Below are positions 20,975 through 32,333 of a stretch of DNA of 64,000 nucleotides, piece after piece. Below the pieces are notes generated by a model. The model made no database searches and was not told the DNA's origin. It worked only from the letters and a program-made list of their open reading frames with translations. Source of the DNA: an uncultured Nitrospiraceae bacterium (lineage in GTDB: Bacteria; Nitrospirota; Nitrospiria; Nitrospirales; Nitrospiraceae); contig CAWCEG010000046.1 of assembly GCA_963794505.1 (NCBI GenBank), positions 34,341-98,340 on the forward strand. The letters run 5' to 3'. The translations under genes and the position numbers were made by a program. Position 1 is the first letter of the stretch. Each line of letters begins with the position of its first letter.

Positions 20975-22241
20975 TCACGATTGTTCAGGTCGGATGCCGT
21001 GTAACCCTTTCCCTGGATCAATCTTGAGCCAAAGAGCCGCGCCGACCAAGGCAACTGCCTCCGGCCGCGGCAAGCGAAACCGGCCAGCCCCACTGTTCGG
21101 CGATCCAAGGCGTGAGGCTTGGAGAAATCGCTCCCCCGAGATTGGCACCGGTGTTCATGAGGCCGGACAACAGTCCAGCATGGGTTTTGGAAAATCCGTC
21201 GTCGAGGCCCAATAGGCCCCAACGGCGAAGTAAAGGCAGCCAGCCCCCAGCGAGAGACTCACCACGGCACCGAGTGCCGAATCTGCGATCGCGCCAGCCA
21301 CAATCGCGCATCCAGCGAGAATCATCCCCGACATACCGGCGGCCACGCGTCCTCTCGTCACGCCATGCGCCGCGGCCAATCGATCCGTCACCCACCCTCC
21401 CAATGGACAGCCGATCAAGATGGCCAAGAATGGTGCGGACGCATAGAGCCCGCCTCGCAGCACATCGAATCCTCTGACGTTGACCAGATAGAGATAGAAC
21501 CACGAGAGGTAGACGTAAGCGACATAACCAAGGCAGCTGTAACTCAGGACCAACCACCAGATCGCCGGATTTTGTACGAGGGATCTCCAGCTCACGGCGG
21601 GCTCGTCATCGTGCCTCGGGGCGGTCGAGGAGCCATGTCGATCCAGAACCCACGGATGCTCGCTCGGGCGATCGCGAGCCAACGACCACCAGAGGATACC
21701 CATCAGCATGCCGAGCCCCGCCGACAGATAAAACACGGTTTGCCAGCCCCAGTTCACCATGACCCAGGCAGCCACCGGTGGAGTGAGCGGCCGAGCCCAA
21801 TCCGATGCCCCCGATCGCGATGCCGATTCCCAAGCCCCGCGAATCAGCGGGCACCCAATTGGCGACGGCCCGATTGAACGAGGGCAGCGCAACGGCTTCT
21901 CCCATACCCAAGGCAAATCGCACGATGGCGAGCGCACCGACGATACCGACCGTGTCGGCAAGCGACGAGGCTTGCGGCAAGCGCCGTCCATGCCGTGCAG
22001 ACCGACCACCAGATCAGGGCTACCGTGAGTACGGCTCTGGCGCCCCAGCGGTCCGCCAGCCATCCACCTGGAATTTGAAACAAGGCATATCCGGCGACAA
22101 AGGCGGAGAAGACCCAGCCCATTTCCTGCTGCGTCAGCCCGAAGGCCGGCATCATCTGGCGCGCCGTCACAGAAATGTTGACCCGATCGATATAGGTGAC
22201 GACACTCGTGCAGAACAGCAGGGCAGAATCAGCCAATGCAT
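20975..22241 (-). CDS. MFS transporter, anion:cation symporter-like (multiple frameshifts)
   Basis: [48 protein letters not shown]. Confidence 0.88.
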
Positions 22242-22544
22242 GGGAAGCGTCCGGGCGGGATTGATCACGCGACGTGCCGGAGTAGAGAGAAGCCGCGGCG
22301 GATTATAGCGGGTCTTCGGCTTGTCACCAGGAGAATTCGAAAGTACAAAGTCAAAATCTCCTGTTGGTTCGCGCACTTGCTGGCTTTCACGGGGGTGATT
22401 CGGTAAGATGAGGTTCGGGCTGTTAAACAATCTGCTCACCGATTCACCTCTCATGCGGGACGCGTTCCCTCAGGCGTTCGCCGATGCGGTCCGAATATTG
22501 TCAACAGGCGATGCCTGTCGGTGGCTCACAGCGGAGATACTGAG

Positions 22545-25500
22545 GTGTCCCCGATTCGTCTCGTTGTCGCCCTTATCACACTGATGGTGATCGGAGGCGT
22601 CGCCTTTCTCTGGCTGTCACCCTACCTGACCGGCGAAGACTATCTCAAAGACTTTTTCCTCCATCAACTCGAGCAGAATCTCGGCCGGAAGATCGATGTC
22701 CATCGTATCAAGCTGGTCATCTTTCCCTCGATCCGCTTGGAGATGAAGGACATCATCATCTATGACCGCAACGCGGAGAGCGTTCTGCTCTCGGCGAAGA
22801 GATTGGATCTCGTGTTGCGATTCGTTCCCTTGCTGCGTAAACAGGTCGTTGGGAAACGGTTGCTCGTGGAAGAGCCAACGTTCACGATGCGACGAGACCG
22901 TTCGGGGCATTGGAACCTGCTCGATCGTGAAAATCCCTTGCCGGCCGACGACGACGAGGCGCTCCAGATGATGACGCGGATCTTCCGCATCCGGGAAGCC
23001 ACGATTGTGAACGGCACGGTCGTCATCATCGATGAGGCGAGGCCGGATGGACCCCGCACCTTGAAATTGCAGTCGGTGGAAGGGGCACTGGAGATCTATC
23101 TCGAGCGTGGCCAGGCGGACCTGCATGTTTCCGCCGCGCATGACAGCACCCAGGGCCACTCCGCGCTGTCCTTGTCCGGCACCTTCAAGAAGGCTGAACA
23201 GCAAACGCTGTCGATTGACGAAAGTAAACGGCTCGTGTTTCCGGTGCAATTCGACGGCCTGATTGAAGTGGCGAACCTCAGTGTCCGCGACGCAGCGGAT
23301 TTCCTCGGACCACGTCCCGTTCCCGAATTGCTGCATGGCCGTGTGAATGCGCGCAGCGCGATCAAGATCTTTCCCGGTGTGGCGGGATACGATGCTGTGC
23401 TCTCGGACCTGACTGGCAACATGGAGCAATTGGCGGTGACGGGCAAAGCCAGCCTGTCCGGCCTTCTCGCTCCTCAGCCGACGTTCGCCGTGACGTTTTC
23501 GTCGTCGCCGGTTCAAATCAGCGAACTGCTCGAAAAAATTCCTGCCGCGTGGATTCATCCTCAACTGCCAGCGGTGATGCAGGACCGTCAGATCAAGGGG
23601 CTCGTTGAGGTGGTGTCCGCCACGGTGACCGGCTCGTATGTCGACGGGCCGCAACTGGCCGTCACCGGAGAGTTTCATGTCCAGAAGGGACAGGCCCTGA
23701 TTGGTGAAAGCCGCGTGCCCGCCAAAGATTTGGATGCGCACGTTGTGATTGAAGCCGGAAGGATTCGGGCCACAAAACTTAGCGGGCTTTACGGGACGAT
23801 TCATATGACGGACAGCAAAGGGCAACTCTCCTTTCTCGAGCAGGGTCCCTGGCTGGAACTGGAAATCAGCGGAACAATGGCGGCGGGAGACCTGCTGCAA
23901 TTCCTTTCGACGACCGTCAAGTCCGAGCTTCTGTCACGCGTGCTGGCGTCATCACGGGATGTGGAAGGGATGGCAATGCCCGTGTTTCGCCTGGTGGGTC
24001 CGCCCAACGCCGTCACCTTCGCGGGAGGCGAAGTGAAGGCGCAGCATGTGAATCTGACGAGCAGTTACTTGCCGGAACGGCTGACCGGCCTGCAGGGGCG
24101 ATTTATTCTGGCCGAGGGAGAAACGCAATTTGACCAGGTGACCGGCCATTTAGGCGATCTCTTGGTGCAGGTCCAGGGGGGCATTACGGGGGGAACGGGG
24201 AGCATCTTTCGCGACTTGGCCGTGCGGATCAGCGGCGACGCCGCCCACATGGCGAACCTGCTGCCGGCGAAAGCCATCCCGCCGGGGACGATTGAAGGGA
24301 TGGCGAGCACGATCGTGGTGGTGACGGGGGCAGCGGGAGCGCCGCACTTGCGGGGAGAACTCGCACTGACGGACTCCAAAGTCACCCTTCCAGGCGTCAT
24401 GGAGAAACCGACGGGTGCGCCCGTCACCGTCACGTTCCAAGGCGACGTTGCGCAATCGAAGCACGTCACGCTGACCCGTGTGGAGATTGCCGCCCCCCCG
24501 ATCCGTTTGCCGATCAAAGGTAAGATTCAGCTCGGAGACAAATTTTTCATCGATGCTTCTCTTGCGACCGGTACCTTGTCCCTGTCGTCGGTGCCCGAAT
24601 GGATCGTTAAAGGGGGGTTCGAAGCGGGGAATCTGGAATTGTCTCTGGATATCAAGGGCCGGGACCGTGACTGGCATACGTGGAAAACGACGGGGTGGCT
24701 TGCGTTGAGTAACGGACTGATGGTTACCAAGGGCGCCGACGGGCCGATCCATGATTTGTATGTGCGACTCCTGCTCGCACGCGACACGGCCGAACTCAAA
24801 CGGCTCTCCTTCCGTCTCTTGGACAGCGACCTCACGATCGAAGGGACGGTGCGCAATTGGGCCACGAAGCCCGTCATGACGGCCAAACTGGAGTCCAACC
24901 AGATGGACATCGATCTGCTCATTCCGAAAGGGCAGCGTGCCCCGATTCGGGATCTGCTCGAATGGCTTGCGGCAACCAGCAAAGTCAGTGCGACCGCTTC
25001 CATTGCCCGCGGGCGATACAAACATTTGAAATTCGGGGCGCTGTCTGCCCGAATGACCATTCAAGACGGCGTCCTCGATCTCGACCGGATGTCGGGACAG
25101 TCGACCAATGGGGAAATTGCCGGTCGCATCGTCGTGCAGCTTCCGCGCGGTGAGCCGGCCGAGGCGGAGATCTCATTGCGCGCCACCGGATTGCTGGTCG
25201 AGGACATGTATCGATTGGCCGGCTCCAAAAGCGGTGGCATTACCGGAGAGGCGCGGATAACCGGAACCGTACGAGGTCATGGACGTAATCCTCACGGGAT
25301 CTATCCCACGCTCAACGGCAGGGCCGATCTCTTGCTGGAGAACGGCCGCATTTTCAAGTCGGAGGAACGTGCGATTTGGAAAATCATCAGCATTTTGAAC
25401 CTGCCGGCCGTCCTGCAAGGCAAGGTCGACCTCGAGAAGGAAGGGTTGCCCTACAACAAGATCACGGCGACGGTCACGATGCGCAACGGCCTGTTCGAAA

Positions 25501-25895
25501 CCGAAAATCTGATCATCGACAGTCCTATCGTGAAAATCACCGCCGCCGGAAACTACGATCTCCCGACCGATCAAGTTGATATGGTGTGGGCCGTCAGCCC
25601 ATTCGGATCGTATTCCCAATTTCTCAAGACGATTCCGTTGTTCGGCAGGTTGTTCGCCGGCGAACGGAAAGGGTTTGCCACGGCGATGTTTTCCGTGAAA
25701 GGCTCCATCCAAGATCCAGAGGTCACGTATATGCCGATGAAATCTTTTGCCACCGGCCTCACGGGCTTGGCGCAATTGGCTGTCGATGTGTTGAAGAACA
25801 CCGTCATGCTGCCGATCGACTTGGTCACGCCCGATGAAAACAAGGCCGTATCGAAGGACGTCATTCCGCAGGAACCGGCTCCGGCTGTTCCTTGA
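22545..25895 (+). CDS. AsmA-like / YhdP-type bridge lipid-transfer protein
   Basis: N-terminal TM anchor, long beta-rich body, AsmA_2-like C-terminus (LKTIPLFG..FSVKGSIQDPEV). Confidence 0.85.
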   Translation: MSPIRLVVALITLMVIGGVAFLWLSPYLTGEDYLKDFFLHQLEQNLGRKIDVHRIKLVIFPSIRLEMKDIIIYDRNAESVLLSAKRLDLVLRFVPLLRKQVVGKRLLVEEPTFTMRRDRSGHWNLLDRENPLPADDDEALQMMTRIFRIREATIVNGTVVIIDEARPDGPRTLKLQSVEGALEIYLERGQADLHVSAAHDSTQGHSALSLSGTFKKAEQQTLSIDESKRLVFPVQFDGLIEVANLSVRDAADFLGPRPVPELLHGRVNARSAIKIFPGVAGYDAVLSDLTGNMEQLAVTGKASLSGLLAPQPTFAVTFSSSPVQISELLEKIPAAWIHPQLPAVMQDRQIKGLVEVVSATVTGSYVDGPQLAVTGEFHVQKGQALIGESRVPAKDLDAHVVIEAGRIRATKLSGLYGTIHMTDSKGQLSFLEQGPWLELEISGTMAAGDLLQFLSTTVKSELLSRVLASSRDVEGMAMPVFRLVGPPNAVTFAGGEVKAQHVNLTSSYLPERLTGLQGRFILAEGETQFDQVTGHLGDLLVQVQGGITGGTGSIFRDLAVRISGDAAHMANLLPAKAIPPGTIEGMASTIVVVTGAAGAPHLRGELALTDSKVTLPGVMEKPTGAPVTVTFQGDVAQSKHVTLTRVEIAAPPIRLPIKGKIQLGDKFFIDASLATGTLSLSSVPEWIVKGGFEAGNLELSLDIKGRDRDWHTWKTTGWLALSNGLMVTKGADGPIHDLYVRLLLARDTAELKRLSFRLLDSDLTIEGTVRNWATKPVMTAKLESNQMDIDLLIPKGQRAPIRDLLEWLAATSKVSATASIARGRYKHLKFGALSARMTIQDGVLDLDRMSGQSTNGEIAGRIVVQLPRGEPAEAEISLRATGLLVEDMYRLAGSKSGGITGEARITGTVRGHGRNPHGIYPTLNGRADLLLENGRIFKSEERAIWKIISILNLPAVLQGKVDLEKEGLPYNKITATVTMRNGLFETENLIIDSPIVKITAAGNYDLPTDQVDMVWAVSPFGSYSQFLKTIPLFGRLFAGERKGFATAMFSVKGSIQDPEVTYMPMKSFATGLTGLAQLAVDVLKNTVMLPIDLVTPDENKAVSKDVIPQEPAPAVP

Positions 25896-26055
25896 CCCTC
25901 CGTAGACCCCGTGTTAAATTCCGCCAGGATAGGCACAAACCCCGCCGGCTTCATTCCCGCAACGCCTACAGCGTCGAGGGTCATACAACCGGGCGGAGAG
26001 GACCGTCGCGTGGACGGACACGTGCCTTGTGAATTCAGTCAAGAGGTCCAGACGT

Positions 26056-27203
26056 ATGTCACGATCGCCGTCGCAATCCCATAAAGCCACGGTTTTCATC
26101 GCAGCCAGCGAGCTGGATTCAAACCTCTATCACGCCACGAGATTTATTGCGCCGGATCCGTTCATCTATCTGGAGATCAAGGGTGAGCGCATGCTCATCA
26201 TGAACGATCTGGAGATGGATCGGGCGAAGAGCCAAGCCGCCGTTGATCGCGTATTGTCCTACTCGGAGATCGAGCGCCGTGCGAGAGATCACGGAGTGGC
26301 GGCGCCGGGCAGTGTGGACATTGTGCACGTGGTCTTGCGCGAGGCGAAGATCAAGCAGGTGCTCGTGCCAGCCAATTTCCCATACAGTCATGCGGCGCGA
26401 TTGCAGGAACTCGGCTATCAGGTTCATGCAAAGCCGGACCCGTTCTACGAACAGCGCGTCGTCAAGACCGCCGAAGAAGTGCGTCACATCGAAGAGGCCC
26501 AACGGGCGACAGAGGAGGCCGTGTCTGCTGCGCATGAGCCGCCTACGGCAGGCCGACGATCAAGCATGGGCAATTGTGGCTGGAGGACGAACCGTTGACT
26601 TCCGAACGGATCAAGAAACTCATCAACGTGAAACTGATGGAACGCGATTGCGTGGCGCAACATACGATCGTCGCGGGCGGTGAGCAGGCCTGTGATCCCC
26701 ATAACGAAGGGAGCGGTCCGTTGCAGGCGCATCGCAGCATCATTTTCGATGTCTTTCCCCGATCGGCTTCATCACGGTACTTTGCGGACATGTCGCGCAC
26801 GGTCGTACGCGGGACGCCGAGTGCCGAACTCAAGCGGCTGTACCAGACGGTGCTCGATGCGCAGGAAGAAGCCATCACTCAAATCAAGGATGGCTCCGAT
26901 GGCATGAAAATTCACCGGGGCATCTGCGAGCGTTTCGAAAAAGCCGGATACAAGACGGGCTTGGTGAACGGCCGCATGCAAGGATACTTCCACGGCACCG
27001 GCCATGGTGTCGGACTGGATATTCATGAAGCGCCGCGCATCAGCCGCACAGGATCCTTGTTGTTGGAGGGGCACGTGGTCACCGTTGAGCCGGGCCTCTA
27101 TTATCCGGGCTTGGGCGCCGTCCGGATCGAAGACATGGTGCTCGTCACGGGCGACGGCTGCCGGAATCTCACGAATTTTTCAAAGAAGTTCGAACTCGAT
27201 TAG
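26056..27203 (+). CDS. Xaa-Pro peptidase, M24 family (frameshift near 26545)
   Basis: YFADMSRT, FHGTGHGVGLDIHEAP, TVEPGLY, VRIEDMV. Confidence 0.92.
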
Positions 27204-27317
27204 CCGGCCTGTTCGCTGTCCGCCACCAGCCTTCTTGCATTGTGCAGGAAGCGGTGAGTCTGATCACCAGCATATTCACCTCGCACTGAGCTCACGTCGT
27301 TCCTTTCGGCAGGTCCC

Positions 27318-27752
27318 ATGGGGCACGCCTTCCGGTTCCTGGACGATATTGTCATTGCCGACATCGCCTTTGAAGCCGAAGGTGATTCCGCCGAGGCAGT
27401 CTTTCGAGGAGCCACCCAGGCATTGCTCGAGATCATGGCGAATCCCATGACTGTGGCCGACTCCTGGCGACGACAGATTGTGAAAACGGATGGGAAGCTG
27501 GAGGATCTGCTCGTTGAATGGCTGTCAGAGATCGTATATTGGAAAGATGCAGCAGGCGTCGTGTTCCGTGAGGCACCGCTCATGCTCCGTTGTGAGAACC
27601 ACCAGTGGACGCTAGAGGCTACTCTGATCGGCGCCCCGGTTGATGTCGGAAGGCAAGAGCTGCGCAATGACGTGAAAGGCATCACGAAACATTGCTACAG
27701 GATGGAGCATAGGGGTTCGCTATGGAAGGTGACGGTGGTGGTCGATGTATAG
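27318..27752 (+). CDS. Archease
   Basis: ADIAFEAEG, LLVEWLSE, DVKGITKH, C-terminal VVDV; directly upstream of rtcB. Confidence 0.88.
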   Translation: MGHAFRFLDDIVIADIAFEAEGDSAEAVFRGATQALLEIMANPMTVADSWRRQIVKTDGKLEDLLVEWLSEIVYWKDAAGVVFREAPLMLRCENHQWTLEATLIGAPVDVGRQELRNDVKGITKHCYRMEHRGSLWKVTVVVDV

Positions 27753-27766
27753 CCTCGGATAAAGAA

Positions 27767-29219
27767 ATGCGGTTGAATACTGACATGCGGGTGAACCGGA
27801 TCGCGGAAGAAGTGTGGGAAATACCCGCCACTGAGAAGCCGGGCATGCTCGTGCCGGCGAGGGTGTACGCAACGGAGACCATTCTGCATTCGATGGATCA
27901 GGGCGTATTTGATCAGGTCACGAACGTGGCCTGCCTGCCCGGCATCCAACGATATGCCCTCTGCATGCCGGACGGCCATTCGGGCTACGGATTTCCGATA
28001 GGCGGCGTGGCTGCATTCGATGCTCAGAGTGGCGTCATTTCTCCTGGGGGGGTCGGCTATGACGTCAATTGCGGCATGCGGTTGATCCGGACGGATCTCA
28101 CGTTGAGGGACGTGCAGCCCCGCTTGGAGCACCTGATGACCGAGCTGTTTCGAGTGGTGCCTGCCGGCGTGGGCGCGGGTGGATCCGTCAGACTCGATCG
28201 GAAGCAGCTCTCGCGCGTCATGGTGAAAGGCGCACGATGGTGTGTTGAGCAAGGCTATGGATGGCATCGAAGATCTTGCTCGGATCGAGGAAGGCGGCTG
28301 CATCGGGGGAGCTGATCCCTCGACCGTGTCCGACCACGCAGTGGGACGTGGAATCAATCAACTGGGGACGTTAGGCTCGGGTAATCATTACCTCGAAGTA
28401 CAAGTGGCGTCCAATGAGCGGATTTTCGATACCGTGACGGCCGCAGCCCTTGGGATTACCGGCCAGGATCAGATTGTCGTCATGGTTCATTGCGGTTCCC
28501 GGGGCTTCGGTCATCAGGTGGCCAGCGATTATCTTAAAATATTTGAAAAAGCGATGCGACGTTACGGTATTTCAGTCAACGATCAGCAACTTGCCTGTGC
28601 CCCGTTCCGTTCGCCGGAAGGGCAGGACTATTTCGCCGCGATGAATTGTGCGGCCAACACGGCTTTTGCCAACCGCCAGGTCATTACCCATGCCATCCGA
28701 GAGGCATTTGCCAGAGTTTCGGGGCGTCCGGGGAGCAACTGGGCATGGAACTCGTCTATGACGTGGCTCACAACATTGCGAAAGTGGAACGCTATGCAGA
28801 AGGTGAACTGCTCGTACATCGCAAGGGCGCGACGCGTGCGTTTGGCCCGTCGAGCGTCGAGCTTGACACCGGAGTTTCGACGGACCGGACAGCCGGTGAT
28901 TTGCGGGGGGTCGATGGAAACGGGGTCGTACTTGTTGGTCGGAACGGACCGGGCCGTTCAGGAAACGTTTGGGTCGACCATGCACGGCTCGGGACGGACG
29001 ATGTCGAGGGCCCAGGCAAGAAAACAGGTACGCGGCGAGCAGCTTCAGCGGCTCATGAAAGAGCGCGGCATTCTGGTGAAGGCGGTGTCAATGTCCGGTC
29101 TCGCCGAGGAAGCGGGATTTGCCTACAAGAATATTTCCGAGGTCGTCAAGACCGTGGAAGGGGCCGGCATTACGAGGAAAGTCGCGGAGCTTCGCCCAAT
29201 TGGGAACATCAAAGGGTAA
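27767..29219 (+). CDS. rtcB: RNA-splicing ligase RtcB (frameshifts near 28270 and 28730-28860)
   Basis: [53 protein letters not shown]. Confidence 0.93.
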
Positions 29220-29341
29220 AGTACACGCCTCTCCTGTGTGTGGACATGCTGTCGGCGCTGTCGATTTTGCAAAAACAGTGGCGAATTGGCGCCGGCTTGG
29301 CACAATACCACCAGCCGTTCATCCTTGATGAGGTTGGCCCC

Positions 29342-29698
29342 ATGGAGCAGCGGAAGAATCCACGGTTTCCGGTCCGATTCCGGAGTTCCTTCACATCGTT
29401 GAATATCGTCGGAGGAGACGGCAACATTACCGACTTGTCACTCCGCGGATGCCGCGTTGAAAGTCATACGGAAGTCCGGCCGGGGACCTCTTTGGAACTA
29501 CGCGTGCATACGTCGGAGGACGAGCCGCCCTTGAAGGTTCAGGAAGCGGTGGTCCGCTGGTGCCGTGCGCAACAATTCGGTCTGGAATTTGTTACGTTGG
29601 ATCCTGAAGAGTGGGCGCGCCTTCAGCACACTGTGACCCAGCTCGAGCTGCATCCCTACCAAAAAGAGCCGGCTAAAGACCCTTCAGAAGCCGCATAG
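29342..29698 (+). CDS. PilZ domain protein (c-di-GMP effector)
   Basis: RKNPR (RxxxR) and DLSLRG (DxSxxG). Confidence 0.88.
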   Translation: MEQRKNPRFPVRFRSSFTSLNIVGGDGNITDLSLRGCRVESHTEVRPGTSLELRVHTSEDEPPLKVQEAVVRWCRAQQFGLEFVTLDPEEWARLQHTVTQLELHPYQKEPAKDPSEAA

Positions 29699-29862
29699 CA
29701 TCCCCAACAAACCCATCCGCTCCCCAACGGTCGGGTCGGGCGGTTCAAGCCTCCATCACTTGGTGTCTCGAAGTGAGCCCATTTGAAGGCGGCTGGTCAG
29801 CAGGGAGAGCTTCTCAAGCGCCCCAGACAGGATGCGTGTCCGAACCGCATTAGGCCGGATCG

Positions 29863-30504
29863 TTAGAGATTGCTGAGGCCGTGGGTAAGGGCGTATCGCG
29901 CCAACTCGACGGTTGATTGGAGCTGCAGCTGTCGCATCATTCGTCCCTTGTGAAACTCCACGGTCTTCGAGGTGATGTGTAACATGCGGCCGATCTCTTT
30001 GGCCGTATAGCCTGCTGCGACCAGCCTCAGAATCTGGCGTTGTCGCTCCGTGAGCGACCGCATGTCCGCGTCCGGTGTGGTGGGCGGCTGCACTTCGGGC
30101 TGCTGCAAGGCGGAGAACAACTCCGGAGAGATGTATTGCTTGCCAGCGAGGACGGTTTCAATGGCGCGCGAAAGTTCTTCCCAACCGGACCGCTTGAGCA
30201 CGTATCCCGACGCGCCAATCCGCAGCGCTTCCTCGACATAGGGTGTGTCCCCATACATGGAGACGTAGAGCAGTTTCACGTTCGGCTGCTGTTCTCGCAG
30301 CCGTTGTCCCGCTTGCAATCCATTGAGGATCGGCATGGCAACATCCATGAGCACGAGATCCGGCTGTAACCGCTGGGCTGCGCTGGCGACCGAGTGTCCA
30401 TCCTGTACGACGCCCACGAGATCGTAATGGCGTTCCAGGAGATGCCGCAGCCCATCGAGGAGCAGCATGTGATCGTCAGCGAGTAAGATGCGTGGTCTGG
30501 GCAT
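29863..30504 (-). CDS. NarL/LuxR-family response regulator
   Basis: ADDH, LMDVAMP, GYVLK, LTERQRQIL..KTVEFH. Confidence 0.93.
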   Translation of the reverse strand: MPRPRILLADDHMLLLDGLRHLLERHYDLVGVVQDGHSVASAAQRLQPDLVLMDVAMPILNGLQAGQRLREQQPNVKLLYVSMYGDTPYVEEALRIGASGYVLKRSGWEELSRAIETVLAGKQYISPELFSALQQPEVQPPTTPDADMRSLTERQRQILRLVAAGYTAKEIGRMLHITSKTVEFHKGRMMRQLQLQSTVELARYALTHGLSNL

Positions 30505-31963
30505 GGGAAATTCCTGTGACCGGAATTGACACGGACAAGCGGGTTCCATTGCCAGGGTCGCTGGTGAGGGTCAGCGTTCCCTCTAGAAGGCGCACGCGTT
30601 CCCCCATACTGACCAGTCCGAGGCCCCGCTGGATCGTGCTTCTATCCTGTTGCGTAAACCCGCGGCCGTCGTCCTCGATCCGCAACATGACCCGATCTTC
30701 TTGATAGGAGAGCGCAAGTGAGACAGTCGTCGCACCGGCATGTTTCGCGACATTTCGCAGCGCTTCTTGCGTGACACGGAACAGGCATTCTGCCAAATGC
30801 CGGTCCAATGGCCTATGGAAATCTTCTAAAGTCAGACGGACAGGAATATGCTCGCGCTGTTCGAATTCCTGTGCGCAGCCACGCAGAGCGCTGGCGATAC
30901 CAAGATCCTCGAGGACCGATGGATGAAGCCGATGCGCCAGCTCGCGCAGATGATCCGATAATTCGGCGACTTCATTCTTGACCACCTGCAGCGTCGTGCG
31001 GGCGGCGGGAAGCAGGTCAGGCATCTGCTGCAATTGATCGTCGATTTCAAATGCCAGACTGATCACGCGTTGGTTGAGCTCATCGTGCAACTCGCGCGCA
31101 ATCCGTCGCCGTTCATCATCCTGCGCCGAGAGCAATTGTGCCGTAAGCTGCCGTAGCTGGGCCTGGCTGACCTCCAAGGAACGCCGGTTTGCCTCCATCT
31201 TTTGCTCAATCTGTATCTTTTCGGTGATATCCTCGCCGAGCCATGCATAGAGTGGAGTTCCCTGAGCGCTGAACCCGATAAACGACACGGCGGACGCAAT
31301 CGTTCGGTCGCATGGCCCCGTTGCTGGAAGGTTGTATGTGACTCGTACCGTCTTGCCGCTTCCGCGTGCCGCGTCAAGGTGCGGCATCCAGAATGCTGTC
31401 GAAGCCGGCATGCAACCCAATGGGGGTTCCTCCGTGGCGTGCTCAACGCTGGTGTGACCAGTATTGGCGGCCCGGTTCCTCATGATCATTCTCACCCTGC
31501 CGTCAACGACCTCAACGACGCCCATCATCATATCCGTCGAGTTGAAAAAGCTTTGCAATGTGGATTCGCTCCGGCGGAGTGCCACCGTCCGGGCGGCGAC
31601 GAGGGCTTCCAACTCCTGCCTGGCGTATTTTTGCGTGGTATGCCAGATGATCGTGGCCGCAATCCAACAGGCAAGAACCACCAATGATCGGTTGTACAGG
31701 CCGAGTTGTAGGGAGACGACTGGCGAGGTCCAATTTGTCCACACTCCGGCGAACGTCAGGCCCGTTGAAGAGGCGGCCACGAAGAACGGCGCCAATGGGT
31801 GGCGGACTCGCGTGGTGAGCGTGATCGGGATCAGGTAGAGGGCTGGAACAACAAAGCCCAGCGGAAAAAAACTGTCGAGAACAAACACGGCGATGGTCAT
31901 GCCGGAAATCGCGACAATCAACCATCTCTGCGGCCGTGTTGCTCTGGCGCCTGACGAGTTCAT
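30476..31963 (-). CDS. Membrane sensor histidine kinase (HisKA_3 type)
   Basis: N-terminal TMs, PAS-like region, ERRRIARELHD, QEALRNVAKHA, DDGRG, GLGL. Confidence 0.92.
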   Translation of the reverse strand: MNSSGARATRPQRWLIVAISGMTIAVFVLDSFFPLGFVVPALYLIPITLTTRVRHPLAPFFVAASSTGLTFAGVWTNWTSPVVSLQLGLYNRSLVVLACWIAATIIWHTTQKYARQELEALVAARTVALRRSESTLQSFFNSTDMMMGVVEVVDGRVRMIMRNRAANTGHTSVEHATEEPPLGCMPASTAFWMPHLDAARGSGKTVRVTYNLPATGPCDRTIASAVSFIGFSAQGTPLYAWLGEDITEKIQIEQKMEANRRSLEVSQAQLRQLTAQLLSAQDDERRRIARELHDELNQRVISLAFEIDDQLQQMPDLLPAARTTLQVVKNEVAELSDHLRELAHRLHPSVLEDLGIASALRGCAQEFEQREHIPVRLTLEDFHRPLDRHLAECLFRVTQEALRNVAKHAGATTVSLALSYQEDRVMLRIEDDGRGFTQQDRSTIQRGLGLVSMGERVRLLEGTLTLTSDPGNGTRLSVSIPVTGISHAQTTHLTR

Positions 31964-32333
31964 AGCTGTCAGGAAATGTGATGTTCACAGAATGCAATTG
32001 GCTGATTATAGGTGGTTTCTCGAAGAATGAGAAAGGGGAAAAAGGAACTGGATGATGAACCTAGCAATACTACTAGAACTCCGGATGCGGGCATGGCGAG
32101 TGAATTCAAAAAAATCTAGCGATTCCAAGCCGTTTTGCTAGGCTGATGCCTGTCCAACAAGAAAAGCCTCAAATCCAAGTCTTTGTCGCTAAGTCCCGCG
32201 ATTCCGAGCAAGGGGTGCTCGGAACAGGAGCGTAGGAAGCGCGCTGTCCGCGCTGTATCTGGTGGTGGCAAGCCGCTTCGTGAGCGATGCATTGATCGGA
32301 CAAACACCTACAATGATTTCATGAGGCTGCTGG

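Noticed and set aside
22365-22380. sigma54-like TGG..TTGC upstream of the asmA-like gene
   Set aside because: Spacing is one base too long for the strict -24/-12 geometry
22617-25775. Long antisense ORFs (also 7703..9052, 59379..60509 and others)
   Set aside because: Shadow frames of GC-rich genes with no recognisable motifs
28646-29698. 350-aa RtcB-PilZ fusion ORF
   Set aside because: Created by rtcB frameshifts; PilZ has its own ATG at 29342
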